A stretch of DNA of 64,000 bases from a virus, in the IMG/VR virus record IMGVR_UViG_3300025151_000016; one strand, given 5' to 3'. The notes beneath the pieces are model-generated. The model ran no database searches, was not told the DNA's origin, and saw only the letters and a program-made list of their open reading frames with translations. Below, in pieces: positions 28,274-37,645 of this stretch. How positions within the stretch are numbered: position 1 is the first letter of the stretch; every line of letters starts with the position of its first letter. The position numbers were made by a program, and so were the translations under genes.

Positions 28274-28866
28274 GGTTTACTTGCCTCTATAACAGCAGAG
28301 TGTAACTTACGTATCAAGCCTGGAGTATCAATGCCATTGAAGTCTCTTACTCCAGATTTTCCATAAGGCATTTCTTGTACGTTTTTAAAACCAAGTTCGG
28401 TAAGTGTTTCTAACATTTCTTTCTTATACCAAAGATGTTTATGTTCACCGCCTTGATATAAAAGTCCTTCAGCACACTGAAGTTGTTTGGACAAGTGTTC
28501 AGTTCCAGCTGGAGCAAACTTATGTTTCAAGATATAGAACTGATAGTAATGCTGTACAAAAGGATGCTCATCTAAGTTTTGATCTTGTCTAAGAAAGTCT
28601 ACAAAATCCATAGGAGGCCACACGGTACGAATGATACCGCCCGGCTTCATTACTCTATACATCTCTTTAAAGAAACTTATGCCTTCATCTTTTTCAAGGT
28701 GCTCAATAAAGTGTTCGCTATAGACTGCATTATACTGTGCATCCATAACTCCCTTCATTGGAAGCTTACGCATGTCATATACCATACAGCCAGGAGTAGG
28801 TACATCTCGTACACTATCCCAATTCAATCCTCTGTTTTCGTTTGGGGCGATTTCTAAATATCTCAT
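28267..28866 (-). CDS. SAM methyltransferase (type 11-like)
   Basis: YSEHFIEHL; E.YRVMKPGG..R...P. Confidence 0.8.
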   Translation of the reverse strand: MRYLEIAPNENRGLNWDSVRDVPTPGCMVYDMRKLPMKGVMDAQYNAVYSEHFIEHLEKDEGISFFKEMYRVMKPGGIIRTVWPPMDFVDFLRQDQNLDEHPFVQHYYQFYILKHKFAPAGTEHLSKQLQCAEGLLYQGGEHKHLWYKKEMLETLTELGFKNVQEMPYGKSGVRDFNGIDTPGLIRKLHSAVIEASKPW

Positions 28867-29648
28867 ACTACCAATTCCATTAGTCGCTCAATGTCTTCTC
28901 CTTCATTAGGAATTAAATCTTTATGAAAGAAATGTAAGAAGTGAGCTTGTTGCATCTTCTCATGTGGTATAGCATTGAATAAGCCATTCCACTTCCAATG
29001 AAGATGTTTTTGTTTCATCTTTTCTTCTTTTACCCAAGTATTTAAAAGTGTTTGGTCCGTAGACCATTTCCACGCGCCTAGTCCATCAATGAATCCTTTA
29101 AACTTTGCACGCATCAAGAACTCTCGTGGAGTTTGACCACGTAAATACTTTGCAATGTTTTTACTCATTAACATCATGCCCATATTATAAAACTCAGCAC
29201 CATGTTGATTCCACTTCCAATCAACGTGCTTTAATGATCCATATTGCATATGGGAATAGTTTGTAATTTTGTCGAAGTATCTTGGAGTTAGTGGCATCTG
29301 TCTTTCTATAACACCAGCAAATTCAGTGTCTTCATCTAACTCGTCAAACAGGTTAGGACTGTTTGGTCTAATCCATATATCACCATCTACAATTGCAATC
29401 TGATCATAACGATCAAAGTATGCAAATGCATTTTCTTTTTCATATATCGGTAGAAAGCCACCATGTTTACCATAGGACTCTTTACTACGATTAGTAGCAA
29501 ATACATCTGGTTTGATTCTTAGGATAGGTTCTCTTTGTATAACATGATCAATGCCATGTTCTTTACAGTAAGTAGCGACAGATTTTGTGCAGTGGTCGTA
29601 TAATCTTTTACGAGGTCCTGTGTATACCTGATAAATTAGTCTCTTCAT
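28863..29648 (-). CDS. GT-A glycosyltransferase (GT8/GT34-like)
   Basis: DGDIW; YNMG; DQTLLN; WN; HF. Confidence 0.75.
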   Translation of the reverse strand: MKRLIYQVYTGPRKRLYDHCTKSVATYCKEHGIDHVIQREPILRIKPDVFATNRSKESYGKHGGFLPIYEKENAFAYFDRYDQIAIVDGDIWIRPNSPNLFDELDEDTEFAGVIERQMPLTPRYFDKITNYSHMQYGSLKHVDWKWNQHGAEFYNMGMMLMSKNIAKYLRGQTPREFLMRAKFKGFIDGLGAWKWSTDQTLLNTWVKEEKMKQKHLHWKWNGLFNAIPHEKMQQAHFLHFFHKDLIPNEGEDIERLMELVV

Positions 29649-29844
29649 AGTAACTCACGATTTTATTTGCGATAATCAATGCATTCTCAAAGTTCTTTCG
29701 AAAACGATTCTTTTTGGCTCCGGTTTCAATGAATGCATATAGATTATCTATAGTACCATTATAATGGCTTAATTCGTAAGACTTACGATACCTTACGATC
29801 TCTTCCCATTGACTACGCAGTGTAAGTACTTCACTCAGCGACAT
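29608..29844 (-). CDS. conserved hypothetical protein
   Basis: MSLSEVL..R; GTIDNL..F...G.K.NRFR; start trimmed. Confidence 0.6.
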   Translation of the reverse strand: MSLSEVLTLRSQWEEIVRYRKSYELSHYNGTIDNLYAFIETGAKKNRFRKNFENALIIANKIVSYYEETNLSGIHRTS

Positions 29845-30418
29845 ATTCATAGATGTCCTTCCATGTTGCAAATGTTGGGAACTCGTCATTATCCATATTA
29901 TGAGCATGTTCTACCATAATACTTTCGAGTCCTAGTCTATCACCTGTTTGTGCATTTAATAATTTATCTTCAATCCAAAGAAGACCAGAATCACGATAAG
30001 GTTCTAGTACTTCATCTTTATCTTCACCGGTATCACAAAAGATAAATTTAGTAAAAGCAGTTTCACCAAATAATTTTTTACAGTTTTGAATACGAAGCAG
30101 CTGAGCGTGTTCGTTATTTGAAAGAGCAGTTATCATATGAAATGTATAACCATGTTTGCGATGTAAGAGATCCACGTAGTACATAGCATCACGAAGAGGA
30201 GGTAAGAATCCCATAGCAGCAGATTGATTAAACTGTCGAACTAATCGTTTACTTACAGATGATGGAAGATTATATCGATCTTTCATATCATAATATTGTT
30301 GACCGTCTTCAACGATCTTGTAACCTTGTGTTTGCATCCAGACATTCATGGCGTATTCCCAGTTCATGAGAACACCGTCACAGTCAGTAAGTATCACTCG
30401 GTTTAAATTGTCTATCAT
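29831..30418 (-). CDS. HAD 5'(3')-deoxyribonucleotidase (T4 30.2-like)
   Basis: ILTDCDGVL; IT.LS; WIEDK; H.HN; W..I. Confidence 0.8.
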   Translation of the reverse strand: MIDNLNRVILTDCDGVLMNWEYAMNVWMQTQGYKIVEDGQQYYDMKDRYNLPSSVSKRLVRQFNQSAAMGFLPPLRDAMYYVDLLHRKHGYTFHMITALSNNEHAQLLRIQNCKKLFGETAFTKFIFCDTGEDKDEVLEPYRDSGLLWIEDKLLNAQTGDRLGLESIMVEHAHNMDNDEFPTFATWKDIYEYVAE

Positions 30419-30584
30419 TATATTCTCCTTCATTATAGTAGTATTCTACCATATTTTCAGAAGAATGTAAATAGTTTTTTTCGTTTTTAATATAATTTTT
30501 TATTCTAAAATCTTTATGAATAGATTGTTTCTTATGTTTTCCACGTTTTTTATTACGAGAATCAAAGCGACTGAACTTAGCCAT
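30384..30584 (-). CDS. small basic hypothetical protein
   Basis: MAKFSRFD.RNKK; TAATG coupled to glutaredoxin. Confidence 0.45.
   Translation of the reverse strand: MAKFSRFDSRNKKRGKHKKQSIHKDFRIKNYIKNEKNYLHSSENMVEYYYNEGEYNDRQFKPSDTY
30443..30471 (-). promoter_or_regulatory. early promoter (TTTACA-17-TAGAAT)
   Basis: Sequence motif. Confidence 0.7.
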
Positions 30585-30832
30585 TAGATTTTTTCCTGTC
30601 CGAAGTTGCGAGTGTTTTCAATTTCAGAAGCGAATTGATCGTATCCGCCTATGTGTCTATCATTCCAAAATATTTGAGGAACCGTTCGTGCTCCTGGAAC
30701 TAATGCACTTAGTTCCTGCATTTTTTCTGGTCCATCAATTAGAATGTATTCGTATTTGAGTTCATGCTTTTCTGCAAGTGACTTTGCTCTGTCACACCAT
30801 GAGCATCTTGGTCCACCCCAAATTGTTATCAT
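30584..30832 (-). CDS. nrdC: glutaredoxin
   Basis: CSWC; RTVPQIF; HIGGY; start trimmed to MITIWG. Confidence 0.9.
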   Translation of the reverse strand: MITIWGGPRCSWCDRAKSLAEKHELKYEYILIDGPEKMQELSALVPGARTVPQIFWNDRHIGGYDQFASEIENTRNFGQEKI

Positions 30833-31530
30833 TAATCGTATCCTAACATTTCTTTTGTCATAATATAATCTCTCACCATTCCTGATCTTACAATATCGTC
30901 CCAACCAAACTGTATGATTGAAAAGTTTTTCATTTGTTCTAAGATAGCCATAAACTTAAATAAGCCATCCTTTTCATCTTGAAACTTAAAGTCAGATTGT
31001 TTATAATCACCGCAAAATATAATCTTACTGTTACGTCCTACTCGTGTAATAACTGTATCAAGTTCATGGAACGTAAGGTTCTGCATCTCATCAACAATAA
31101 TAATAGAATCATCAAACGTGGATCCACGAATAAATGATGTGGATTCAAATTCAATTTGTCGAGCTGTTGTGAGTTTGTTATAAGCTCCTACATCACCAAA
31201 GAGTTCAGCACAAATATTCTTGTACGGAATATTGTACATGTCCTTTTTTTCTTCTGCAGTACCTGGAAGAAATCCAATGTCTCTTGTTGGTACAACAGAT
31301 CTAATTATTACAATACGACGGAAAAAAGAATCTGAATCAAGAAGTTCTTCTAACGCCATATAAAGAGCTATAAAGGTTTTACCTGTGCCTGCAGTTCCAG
31401 CTAAGACCAAATTATCGTCATCTTCCCACGATTCAAAAGCAATCTTTTGATTCTCAGTAATAGGTTCATACTCTAACAAATCATCAATGCGAACTGTAAG
31501 AGAGTTGTTCTTACTTAAACGTTTACTCAT
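30832..31530 (-). CDS. phoH: PhoH-like ATPase
   Basis: GTAGTGKT; IGFLPG; FIRG; DEMQN; TRVG; GD..QSD; DIVRS. Confidence 0.95.
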   Translation of the reverse strand: MSKRLSKNNSLTVRIDDLLEYEPITENQKIAFESWEDDDNLVLAGTAGTGKTFIALYMALEELLDSDSFFRRIVIIRSVVPTRDIGFLPGTAEEKKDMYNIPYKNICAELFGDVGAYNKLTTARQIEFESTSFIRGSTFDDSIIIVDEMQNLTFHELDTVITRVGRNSKIIFCGDYKQSDFKFQDEKDGLFKFMAILEQMKNFSIIQFGWDDIVRSGMVRDYIMTKEMLGYD

Positions 31531-31531
31531 A

Positions 31532-31765
31532 CTATGTTTTTATTGTATTGCTACGACCTGATCCGGATTTCACTTTATTCAAAACTTCTTTCCATCCATC
31601 ATCTGTTTTGCTCAAAGTACTTCCTACTCCTGATACAATCTTTGGTGTACTTGGTACTTGAATTACGTCTGGCATAGCGTCTAATATATCTTGTAATTCA
31701 TTCCAAGTACATATAGTGTCCCAGGTTTCTTGAGTCTTAGTATCTTTCAATGTATATGAGGGCAT
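31532..31765 (-). CDS. conserved hypothetical protein upstream of phoH
   Basis: MP.Y...D..T; P.IVSG; GW.EVL..K. Confidence 0.7.
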   Translation of the reverse strand: MPSYTLKDTKTQETWDTICTWNELQDILDAMPDVIQVPSTPKIVSGVGSTLSKTDDGWKEVLNKVKSGSGRSNTIKT

Positions 31766-31783
31766 AATATTCTTTCTGTAAAT

Positions 31784-31810
31784 CGGCCGACTAGTCGTGC
31801 TAGCCGACCG
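31784..31810 (-). terminator. 11-bp hairpin (probable terminator or processing stem)
   Basis: CGGTCGGCTAG-CACGA-CTAGTCGGCCG; pairs fully with G-U only on the minus strand; weak U tail. Confidence 0.55.
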
Positions 31811-31818
31811 TCTACCTC

Positions 31819-31980
31819 CTATTGCAATGCTTCTTGTTTCTCAGTGATAAAGTCTTTGAGATATTCTCTCTTTCGACTTATTTTAGTAGCTAAATCAATT
31901 TTGCCTTTCTGTTGAAGCTTAGTGATATAGTTTTCTAATTCAATAACATCTTGTTTAAGTCTATCAAACTGAGTAGTCAA
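31819..31980 (-). CDS. small coiled-coil protein (53 aa)
   Basis: Not in ORF track; AGGAG SD, TTG start. Confidence 0.6.
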   Translation of the reverse strand: MTTQFDRLKQDVIELENYITKLQQKGKIDLATKISRKREYLKDFITEKQEALQ

Positions 31981-32010
31981 TGCAATCTCCTATTGTTTTA
32001 TTTTACATGA

Positions 32011-32445
32011 TTATTTTACGATAAGTTTTGGAAAAGCCTCCTCTACAAGTTTCTTGGTAATTCCTTTTGCTAATGCTTTCTTATCTTTCATAAGAATAAG
32101 AAGCTTAGCATCTTTTGGGTGAATACCTTCAAGAATATCAATGAACATACGTTCACGTTTAAACCCCATCATCTGATCACCCACAAGTCCTTTAACGAAG
32201 TATTTAAACTTCTTATGTTGATTGTGTAATGTGGAAGGTACAGTTTCTTCCTTGGCAGGTTCATACGGAGGATCACCAGGTGGTAATGACCATTGGACCA
32301 GTTCGTCGTATGCGCCGCGGAGTAAGTCTTTTAAAGCCCAAGACTCGTGTTCACGAAGGACGTTTATTTTATCCTGTTTTGTTTTTGCCTTTGAAGCAAG
32401 TTCAATTACTTCATAAACGTTTATAGTTCTAGTTTTGGTAACCAT
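32011..32445 (-). CDS. conserved T4-like protein next to rnh
   Basis: LP.G.PPY; RE..FI..LE.IHP.DA..L. Confidence 0.75.
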   Translation of the reverse strand: MVTKTRTINVYEVIELASKAKTKQDKINVLREHESWALKDLLRGAYDELVQWSLPPGDPPYEPAKEETVPSTLHNQHKKFKYFVKGLVGDQMMGFKRERMFIDILEGIHPKDAKLLILMKDKKALAKGITKKLVEEAFPKLIVK

Positions 32446-33300
32446 TTAAATAAAGTCCTCAATATCTTCAATCAATCTTTTACATCGTTTAGCCACTAGG
32501 TAAGGAAAGACCTTGCCTTTATTATCATGCGTATCTTGGCTTTCAAATGTATTTATAATTTCACTTTTTAGAGCATCAGGTGTTTCATTTAAATCAATTA
32601 ATTTTTTGTTACGTAAAAAATTACGATATATTTCTTGTCCTTGTGATTCAGGATTTTCTATTAATTGATCCAATAACTTTTGTCGAAGAGGTGTTTGACG
32701 TGTACCTTCTACAAATACATTGTCACCAGACAAGACATTAGGTACGCCATCGGATGTATCGCCTCTTAGAATAAGTTCCATTAACTGTTTCCTAGGATGT
32801 TCTATTTTTATATATTTCTTTGTCATAGGAGAATACTGTGACACATTGTCAAATTTCTGCAATTGTGCAAAATCTTTATCAGCAGATATAATCATAACTT
32901 TTTCGTATTGACCAAACTCCTGTGTGTTGTAACAAAGCTGGCCAATAATATCATCAGCTTCGCATCCATCGATCTTTAATGTTTTATAGGGGAAGTGTTC
33001 GCCAAGTTCTTCAAACACTAGATTGGTGATACGAAATACTTCGTCCCAATCCATACTTGATTTCTTCCGGCCAATCTTACGAGCTGCTTTGTAATTAGGA
33101 AATGCTTTGTAACGCCAGTTGTTACCTGCGTCAGAGGTGATAACAACTTCACCAAAGTCTTTATGAAAACGTTTACGGTACATACGAATACTATTCAGAA
33201 TCATATGCCTGATAAGGTTTTCATCTATGTCAAGCTTTTGAGTAACAATGTTTCCAATAGCTATTCCATTATAATCAATAATAATCATTACAAACTCCAT
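32446..33300 (-). CDS. rnh: T4-type RNase H (5'-3' exonuclease)
   Basis: WR...P.YK..R; EADDII; SADKDF.QL; GD.SDGVPN. Confidence 0.93.
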   Translation of the reverse strand: MEFVMIIIDYNGIAIGNIVTQKLDIDENLIRHMILNSIRMYRKRFHKDFGEVVITSDAGNNWRYKAFPNYKAARKIGRKKSSMDWDEVFRITNLVFEELGEHFPYKTLKIDGCEADDIIGQLCYNTQEFGQYEKVMIISADKDFAQLQKFDNVSQYSPMTKKYIKIEHPRKQLMELILRGDTSDGVPNVLSGDNVFVEGTRQTPLRQKLLDQLIENPESQGQEIYRNFLRNKKLIDLNETPDALKSEIINTFESQDTHDNKGKVFPYLVAKRCKRLIEDIEDFI

Positions 33301-33311
33301 TCATATTAAGT

Positions 33312-33743
33312 TTATTCTACCACAGTTTCATCTGATTGTAAACCTAAAATATGCTTTCGATGTATTTTTCCTCCAACAAATGCGTTATAGTATTCTTCTG
33401 GTTTGAGTAACACATCGAGTTCAAGTTGATATTTCATTTCATAGTAAGAACATTGCCCTTTGGTCTTACATAACATAAGTATTTCACGATGAAACGCGCC
33501 AGCACCATTCTCTTCTACGAGTAATTGTACTTCTTTGCTAGATCCAAAATACTTACGCCAGTCAGACTCAGTTCTTGTCCTGACTCTACGTTTTCTTTTT
33601 TTCGTTTTTGGTAAAACTTTTGGTTTCCAGAAAAATTTCTTACCGATATATTTCATACCAGTTTCTTTTTCTGTTATTTGATACACGAATCCTTGATACT
33701 CTTCTGGAGTCTCGTCAAATTCTTTTCCATTATAATGCCACAT
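33312..33743 (-). CDS. GIY-YIG domain protein
   Basis: GFVY.IT......YIGKK; W..YFGSS; F.REIL; E; YN. Confidence 0.75.
   Translation of the reverse strand: MWHYNGKEFDETPEEYQGFVYQITEKETGMKYIGKKFFWKPKVLPKTKKRKRRVRTRTESDWRKYFGSSKEVQLLVEENGAGAFHREILMLCKTKGQCSYYEMKYQLELDVLLKPEEYYNAFVGGKIHRKHILGLQSDETVVE
33314..33342 (-). promoter_or_regulatory. early promoter for rnh (TTTACA-17-TAGAAT)
   Basis: Sequence motif including TGTGG. Confidence 0.75.
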
Positions 33744-33754
33744 AAGGCTATTTA

Positions 33755-33892
33755 TTAATCGTCTTCAGTTTCTTCAAATTCAGATTCTTCACCACACATA
33801 GGGCAGAACATTGGAACTTCGTCTCCTTCTTCTAATAAGACGTAAGTTACCATATCACAAACGTCACACTCGGTCCAATATTCTTTATCCAT
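33755..33892 (-). CDS. zinc-ribbon miniprotein (45 aa)
   Basis: Not in ORF track; CDVC...FCPMCG. Confidence 0.65.
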   Translation of the reverse strand: MDKEYWTECDVCDMVTYVLLEEGDEVPMFCPMCGEESEFEETEDD

Positions 33893-34081
33893 TTAGCTTC
33901 CCCATCCAGCGAATTCTTCTTGGTTTTGCATTCTGACATGCCGTGTAGGCAATGTATATTCTTGCTCGCCCAAGCAAACTAAGTTTGGTGATTTTTTTAG
34001 ATATGCCTTTTTCTTTTCATCTGTGTCAAACCGCATAGAAAATGCATCACCATTATTTTTGTTTAAAAAATTATATGTCAT
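33893..34081 (-). CDS. hypothetical protein
   Basis: GGAG SD; coupled to neighbours. Confidence 0.55.
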   Translation of the reverse strand: MTYNFLNKNNGDAFSMRFDTDEKKKAYLKKSPNLVCLGEQEYTLPTRHVRMQNQEEFAGWGS

Positions 34082-34407
34082 TCATGTTCTCCTCCTTGAC
34101 CGCGTAGATTATAGTTTTGTGGAACGTTGCCAGCTTTCTCAGCTTGTTCATGAACTATAGCAGTAATAAAGATTCCACAAATGATTAAAACATGAGCGCC
34201 AGCTGTCCAACCAAATATATAAGGATTGTTTATAATGGCAGCAAAGATCCCGCTCCACATTATTGATAGTATTAGAAACACCATTAAACCAAGTTGAGGT
34301 GGCAAGTTACGTAATGGTGAATGTTCAATAGTCATTATACTTTTCCACCCTTCTTTGAAAACAATCCAGATTGCTATAGGTGGGAATGCTTTAGGACTAT
34401 TTTTCAT
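34078..34407 (-). CDS. 2-TM membrane protein
   Basis: Two hydrophobic helices; coupled to neighbours. Confidence 0.65.
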   Translation of the reverse strand: MKNSPKAFPPIAIWIVFKEGWKSIMTIEHSPLRNLPPQLGLMVFLILSIMWSGIFAAIINNPYIFGWTAGAHVLIICGIFITAIVHEQAEKAGNVPQNYNLRGQGGEHE

Positions 34408-34808
34408 GTTCTATTTCCTCTAAGTGCAAAGAACAATCCACCTACCCATAAGAATACGTGTAAATTGTCGTATAAAATAACATCCATAAAACTATCGGGC
34501 TGGCCTACCCATATAACTCCTGTCATAATACTACAAATTGTAATACCACTAAACCGAGTTATAATATCATTAATTTCTTTTAGCTTCTGCCATATGACAG
34601 CGCCACCTACAAGCAAGCCTATACCAGCACCGATCTCACCGTATGCCGCGAACCACCACACAATATAAGGCAAGTCAAAACTTTCAGCGCCTTCTACTGT
34701 TACGGGTAATTTACTAAAGCCTTGTTGTAAAAACACAATTGCCAAAGGTATTCTTATGAGCCAATGACTCATACAAAAATCAGGTATTTTATTAGAAAGT
34801 AATTTCAC
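34404..34808 (-). CDS. DoxX family membrane protein
   Basis: RIPL...F..QG..K; E...G..L..G; TR. Confidence 0.7.
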   Translation of the reverse strand: MKLLSNKIPDFCMSHWLIRIPLAIVFLQQGFSKLPVTVEGAESFDLPYIVWWFAAYGEIGAGIGLLVGGAVIWQKLKEINDIITRFSGITICSIMTGVIWVGQPDSFMDVILYDNLHVFLWVGGLFFALRGNRT

Positions 34809-37017
34809 AGGCGCCTCCTACGCATGCTGCAGAACCAAGTGTGTCTACATCTACATATTTTTTAGTTTCAAGTTGAGAAGCAAAATCTACTGGAGCAAGG
34901 TTCTGTTGAATCTTAGTCCATTTGTGTAAAAGGAACACGTCCTTCAAGCAATACTCAGCTTCTTTTGTATCGCTCATAAAATAATTATCCGCAAACTTTT
35001 TAAAACGACGAATCCACTCTGCACGAATATCAGAAACTTCTCCATGGTTATCATCTGGTAGTTGTGCTATAGAAGTGGCTTCCCATAAGTCGTTGAATCC
35101 TTTGCGTGTATCTACAATTAAGCCAGCAGCAAATAATGCAGCCTTGCCATATTTATTCACTATCTGTTCTTCGGTCAAGACTTCTGTCATAGGTGCTTGA
35201 TTAAAGTCTTTATCACCTGATCCACCAAGGAAAGATATACCAGCATATGCACCACGATTTTCAAAAACATAGTCTTCTACTTCACGCCACTGGTGATCCA
35301 TGACTGTTACAGTATTTGAAACATTATGGCGTAACTTAGGATGTGCACATAGCTTTTCGTTTGTTCCAAACTCTACCCAGTTATTTTGTACTGTGCTTAC
35401 TTTTTCTAAAAGCTTGGTGCCATATAGTTCTTCGCGATATAGTGAACCTTCTGGTGAGATAACAGGAAACGCAACAACATAGTCAGTTTTACCTGCAGAC
35501 CATACTGATTCTTCTACCATGTAAGGATTTGTCTCAGCAATTAGTTGTGAAACTTCTGATTCCTTATTTAATTGCACGTGTCGTAGGTAACGTGGTGAGT
35601 GTTCTGAGTGAATGCCAGAGGCAGTCTGCAACAGCACAGAAGCATTGCCAGAAGGTTTAACGCAGGTAGTACGAGCTGCTTGATTAATACCAATCAACTC
35701 AGCAACATCTTTATTGACTTGCTTTACGATCTCTGCACCTTGTCTTTGAATCTCTTCATCAAAAAGAACTTCAGGATTATTCATCCATCCTGTGATAGAA
35801 ACACCAAGTAATGCTTCACGCTCGAAGATCTTACGTGTTGTGTTTGATACATATTCAAATTTAGTATAACCCGCTTGGAGTGTGCCAAGAATAGCAGCAG
35901 CACGACATGCTTTGAAAAACTCTTCTTTGCTTGTACACTTGCCGCCATTGATTTCTGTGAGGTTACAACCCTGCCAGCCAGACTTACCATTGAGTTGTGG
36001 GTACATCCCAATCTCAACACATGGGTTTGTAGTAAAGTCTTTGTCCTCAACGAAATAAAAACCTGGTTCGCCAAACTCTTTGATTGATGTCATGAGATTA
36101 GAGAACTCTTCCTTTGTAACTTCTTTACGAACAATGACAGCTGAGTTGTTTGAACGACCACGTTGTGGATTATCAATAAACCAGTTACCTGTTTTTGCTT
36201 TCATCATTTCTTCATCATCAGGTGAGAATAAACAAATTGTTGCTGAACGACGAACACCACCTGATAATACAGCATCAGCAGCATGCATAGCAATATCATA
36301 TACTTCAATTGGTTTTAATGTATTACGACCTGATAGAACAATACCTTGTAACATATGTTCAATCTTATCTAATGTACGACGTAATGGTTCTGGTCCTGGA
36401 GCTTTGAAGCCACCAGAAATCATAGCACCTTTTGGACGAATCGCTGATAAGTCAAAGTAAATCTTACGGCCTTCAAATTCTGGATGAGTACCGCCACCTA
36501 CAAAATAAGAAGACATTAGAACTGAAAGAGAATCTGCCCAACCTTCGATTGAATCTTCTATATTAAAACCTTTTGCCTGCTTCTTACGTTCTTGTAACTT
36601 AGGCATCTTTTCAACGTGATGTTTTTGTACAGAGAATCCAGCACCTGCACCACAAAGTAAAATATAAAATAGCTCACCAAAGAATGCAGCGCGGTCTGCA
36701 TATGTTGAAGTACAGTTGTACATCTTCATAGGTTTCTTGAGTAGTTGCTCACCACCAAACTGAAGAGCACGTTGTGCACCAAGAGCATACTTTAATTTGT
36801 AAAGGGATTCAGCTTCATCAATTAGCTGTGATAGTTCAGGAGACATTCTCTTTTTATAATAGGTACGATGCATACCCATAACACGAGTAACTGCTTCTTC
36901 CCATGTTTCGTATCGCTCGTTATCTTCATCCCATCTACTATAACCTTCATAAAATTTAGTATCAGACATCATGGCACGTGTATTTCTGTCTGGATTGTTT
37001 GGGATAAGTTTGAGCAT
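34792..37017 (-). CDS. nrdJ: class II (B12-dependent) monomeric ribonucleotide reductase
   Basis: NC; GVRRSA; TNPCVEI; CNLTEIN; TCVKPSG; GISFL; C-terminal C.GGAC; no YY pair and no adjacent beta subunit. Confidence 0.8.
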   Translation of the reverse strand: MLKLIPNNPDRNTRAMMSDTKFYEGYSRWDEDNERYETWEEAVTRVMGMHRTYYKKRMSPELSQLIDEAESLYKLKYALGAQRALQFGGEQLLKKPMKMYNCTSTYADRAAFFGELFYILLCGAGAGFSVQKHHVEKMPKLQERKKQAKGFNIEDSIEGWADSLSVLMSSYFVGGGTHPEFEGRKIYFDLSAIRPKGAMISGGFKAPGPEPLRRTLDKIEHMLQGIVLSGRNTLKPIEVYDIAMHAADAVLSGGVRRSATICLFSPDDEEMMKAKTGNWFIDNPQRGRSNNSAVIVRKEVTKEEFSNLMTSIKEFGEPGFYFVEDKDFTTNPCVEIGMYPQLNGKSGWQGCNLTEINGGKCTSKEEFFKACRAAAILGTLQAGYTKFEYVSNTTRKIFEREALLGVSITGWMNNPEVLFDEEIQRQGAEIVKQVNKDVAELIGINQAARTTCVKPSGNASVLLQTASGIHSEHSPRYLRHVQLNKESEVSQLIAETNPYMVEESVWSAGKTDYVVAFPVISPEGSLYREELYGTKLLEKVSTVQNNWVEFGTNEKLCAHPKLRHNVSNTVTVMDHQWREVEDYVFENRGAYAGISFLGGSGDKDFNQAPMTEVLTEEQIVNKYGKAALFAAGLIVDTRKGFNDLWEATSIAQLPDDNHGEVSDIRAEWIRRFKKFADNYFMSDTKEAEYCLKDVFLLHKWTKIQQNLAPVDFASQLETKKYVDVDTLGSAACVGGACEITF

Positions 37018-37101
37018 GTATATTCTCCTAGAAAACAGTATAAAAAAAATACAACACGCGAAATGCATGCTATATGTTGTTAGTCATTTTTTGTTGATAG
37101 T

Positions 37102-37207
37102 ATTATATATTACTTTTCAGATTTTGAAAACCCCTAAAGTGAAAAAAAATAAAAAAAATAAATTTTATTATTTTAGGGGTTTACTTTCTAGAAAAACTGT
37201 ATATAAT
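37102..37207. promoter_or_regulatory. divergent promoter pair around an A-tract (minus: TTTTCA-17-TATAAT to nrdJ; plus: TTTACT-16-TATAAT)
   Basis: Inverted repeat AAACCCCTAAA / TTTAGGGGTTT overlapping the two -35 boxes. Confidence 0.6.
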
Positions 37208-37237
37208 TTAAAGGTATCCTTTAAGGTGGATGGAGTA

Positions 37238-37645
37238 TCACTCAGGTTTCATCGCACCGTCAAGAGCATCTTCAGCTTGCTTATAGTAACTTTCATAAGC
37301 TAAGATAATAGCTTGCTGTTGCTGGACCATTGCACGTATATCACTAAAGTTTAAACCTAGATTCTCGTAACCTTCGCCGCTGAGTCCAAATATAGCAATA
37401 GGTTGACCAGTGCCACGAAGCTCTGTGAGTTTTTGTTCTAAATTTTCTTCTGTGATAATAACCCAATCTACTGGACGCATATTGAGTTCATCTACTGGAG
37501 GTAGATTAAGTTGTGGTTTTTCTACCGGTTTAGCGCTAACCGCTATTTCCCGTGGTGGCTGTCCCGCTAGACTGCACCCCATCAGACTTAGGACCAGGCC
37601 AAAGCCAAGGACACTCTTTATTAAATTGTTCCGCGTCAGTTGCAT
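37238..37645 (-). CDS. o-spanin (Rz1-like lipoprotein)
   Basis: Lipobox LMGC, Pro-rich linker, YE.L..N helix; overlaps i-spanin. Confidence 0.75.
   Translation of the reverse strand: MQLTRNNLIKSVLGFGLVLSLMGCSLAGQPPREIAVSAKPVEKPQLNLPPVDELNMRPVDWVIITEENLEQKLTELRGTGQPIAIFGLSGEGYENLGLNFSDIRAMVQQQQAIILAYESYYKQAEDALDGAMKPE

Noticed and set aside
34792-37068. Class Ia NrdA, or an intein/intron in the RNR
   Set aside because: No C-terminal YY pair, no adjacent beta subunit, continuous ORF of normal length; the first 17 codons are upstream leader.
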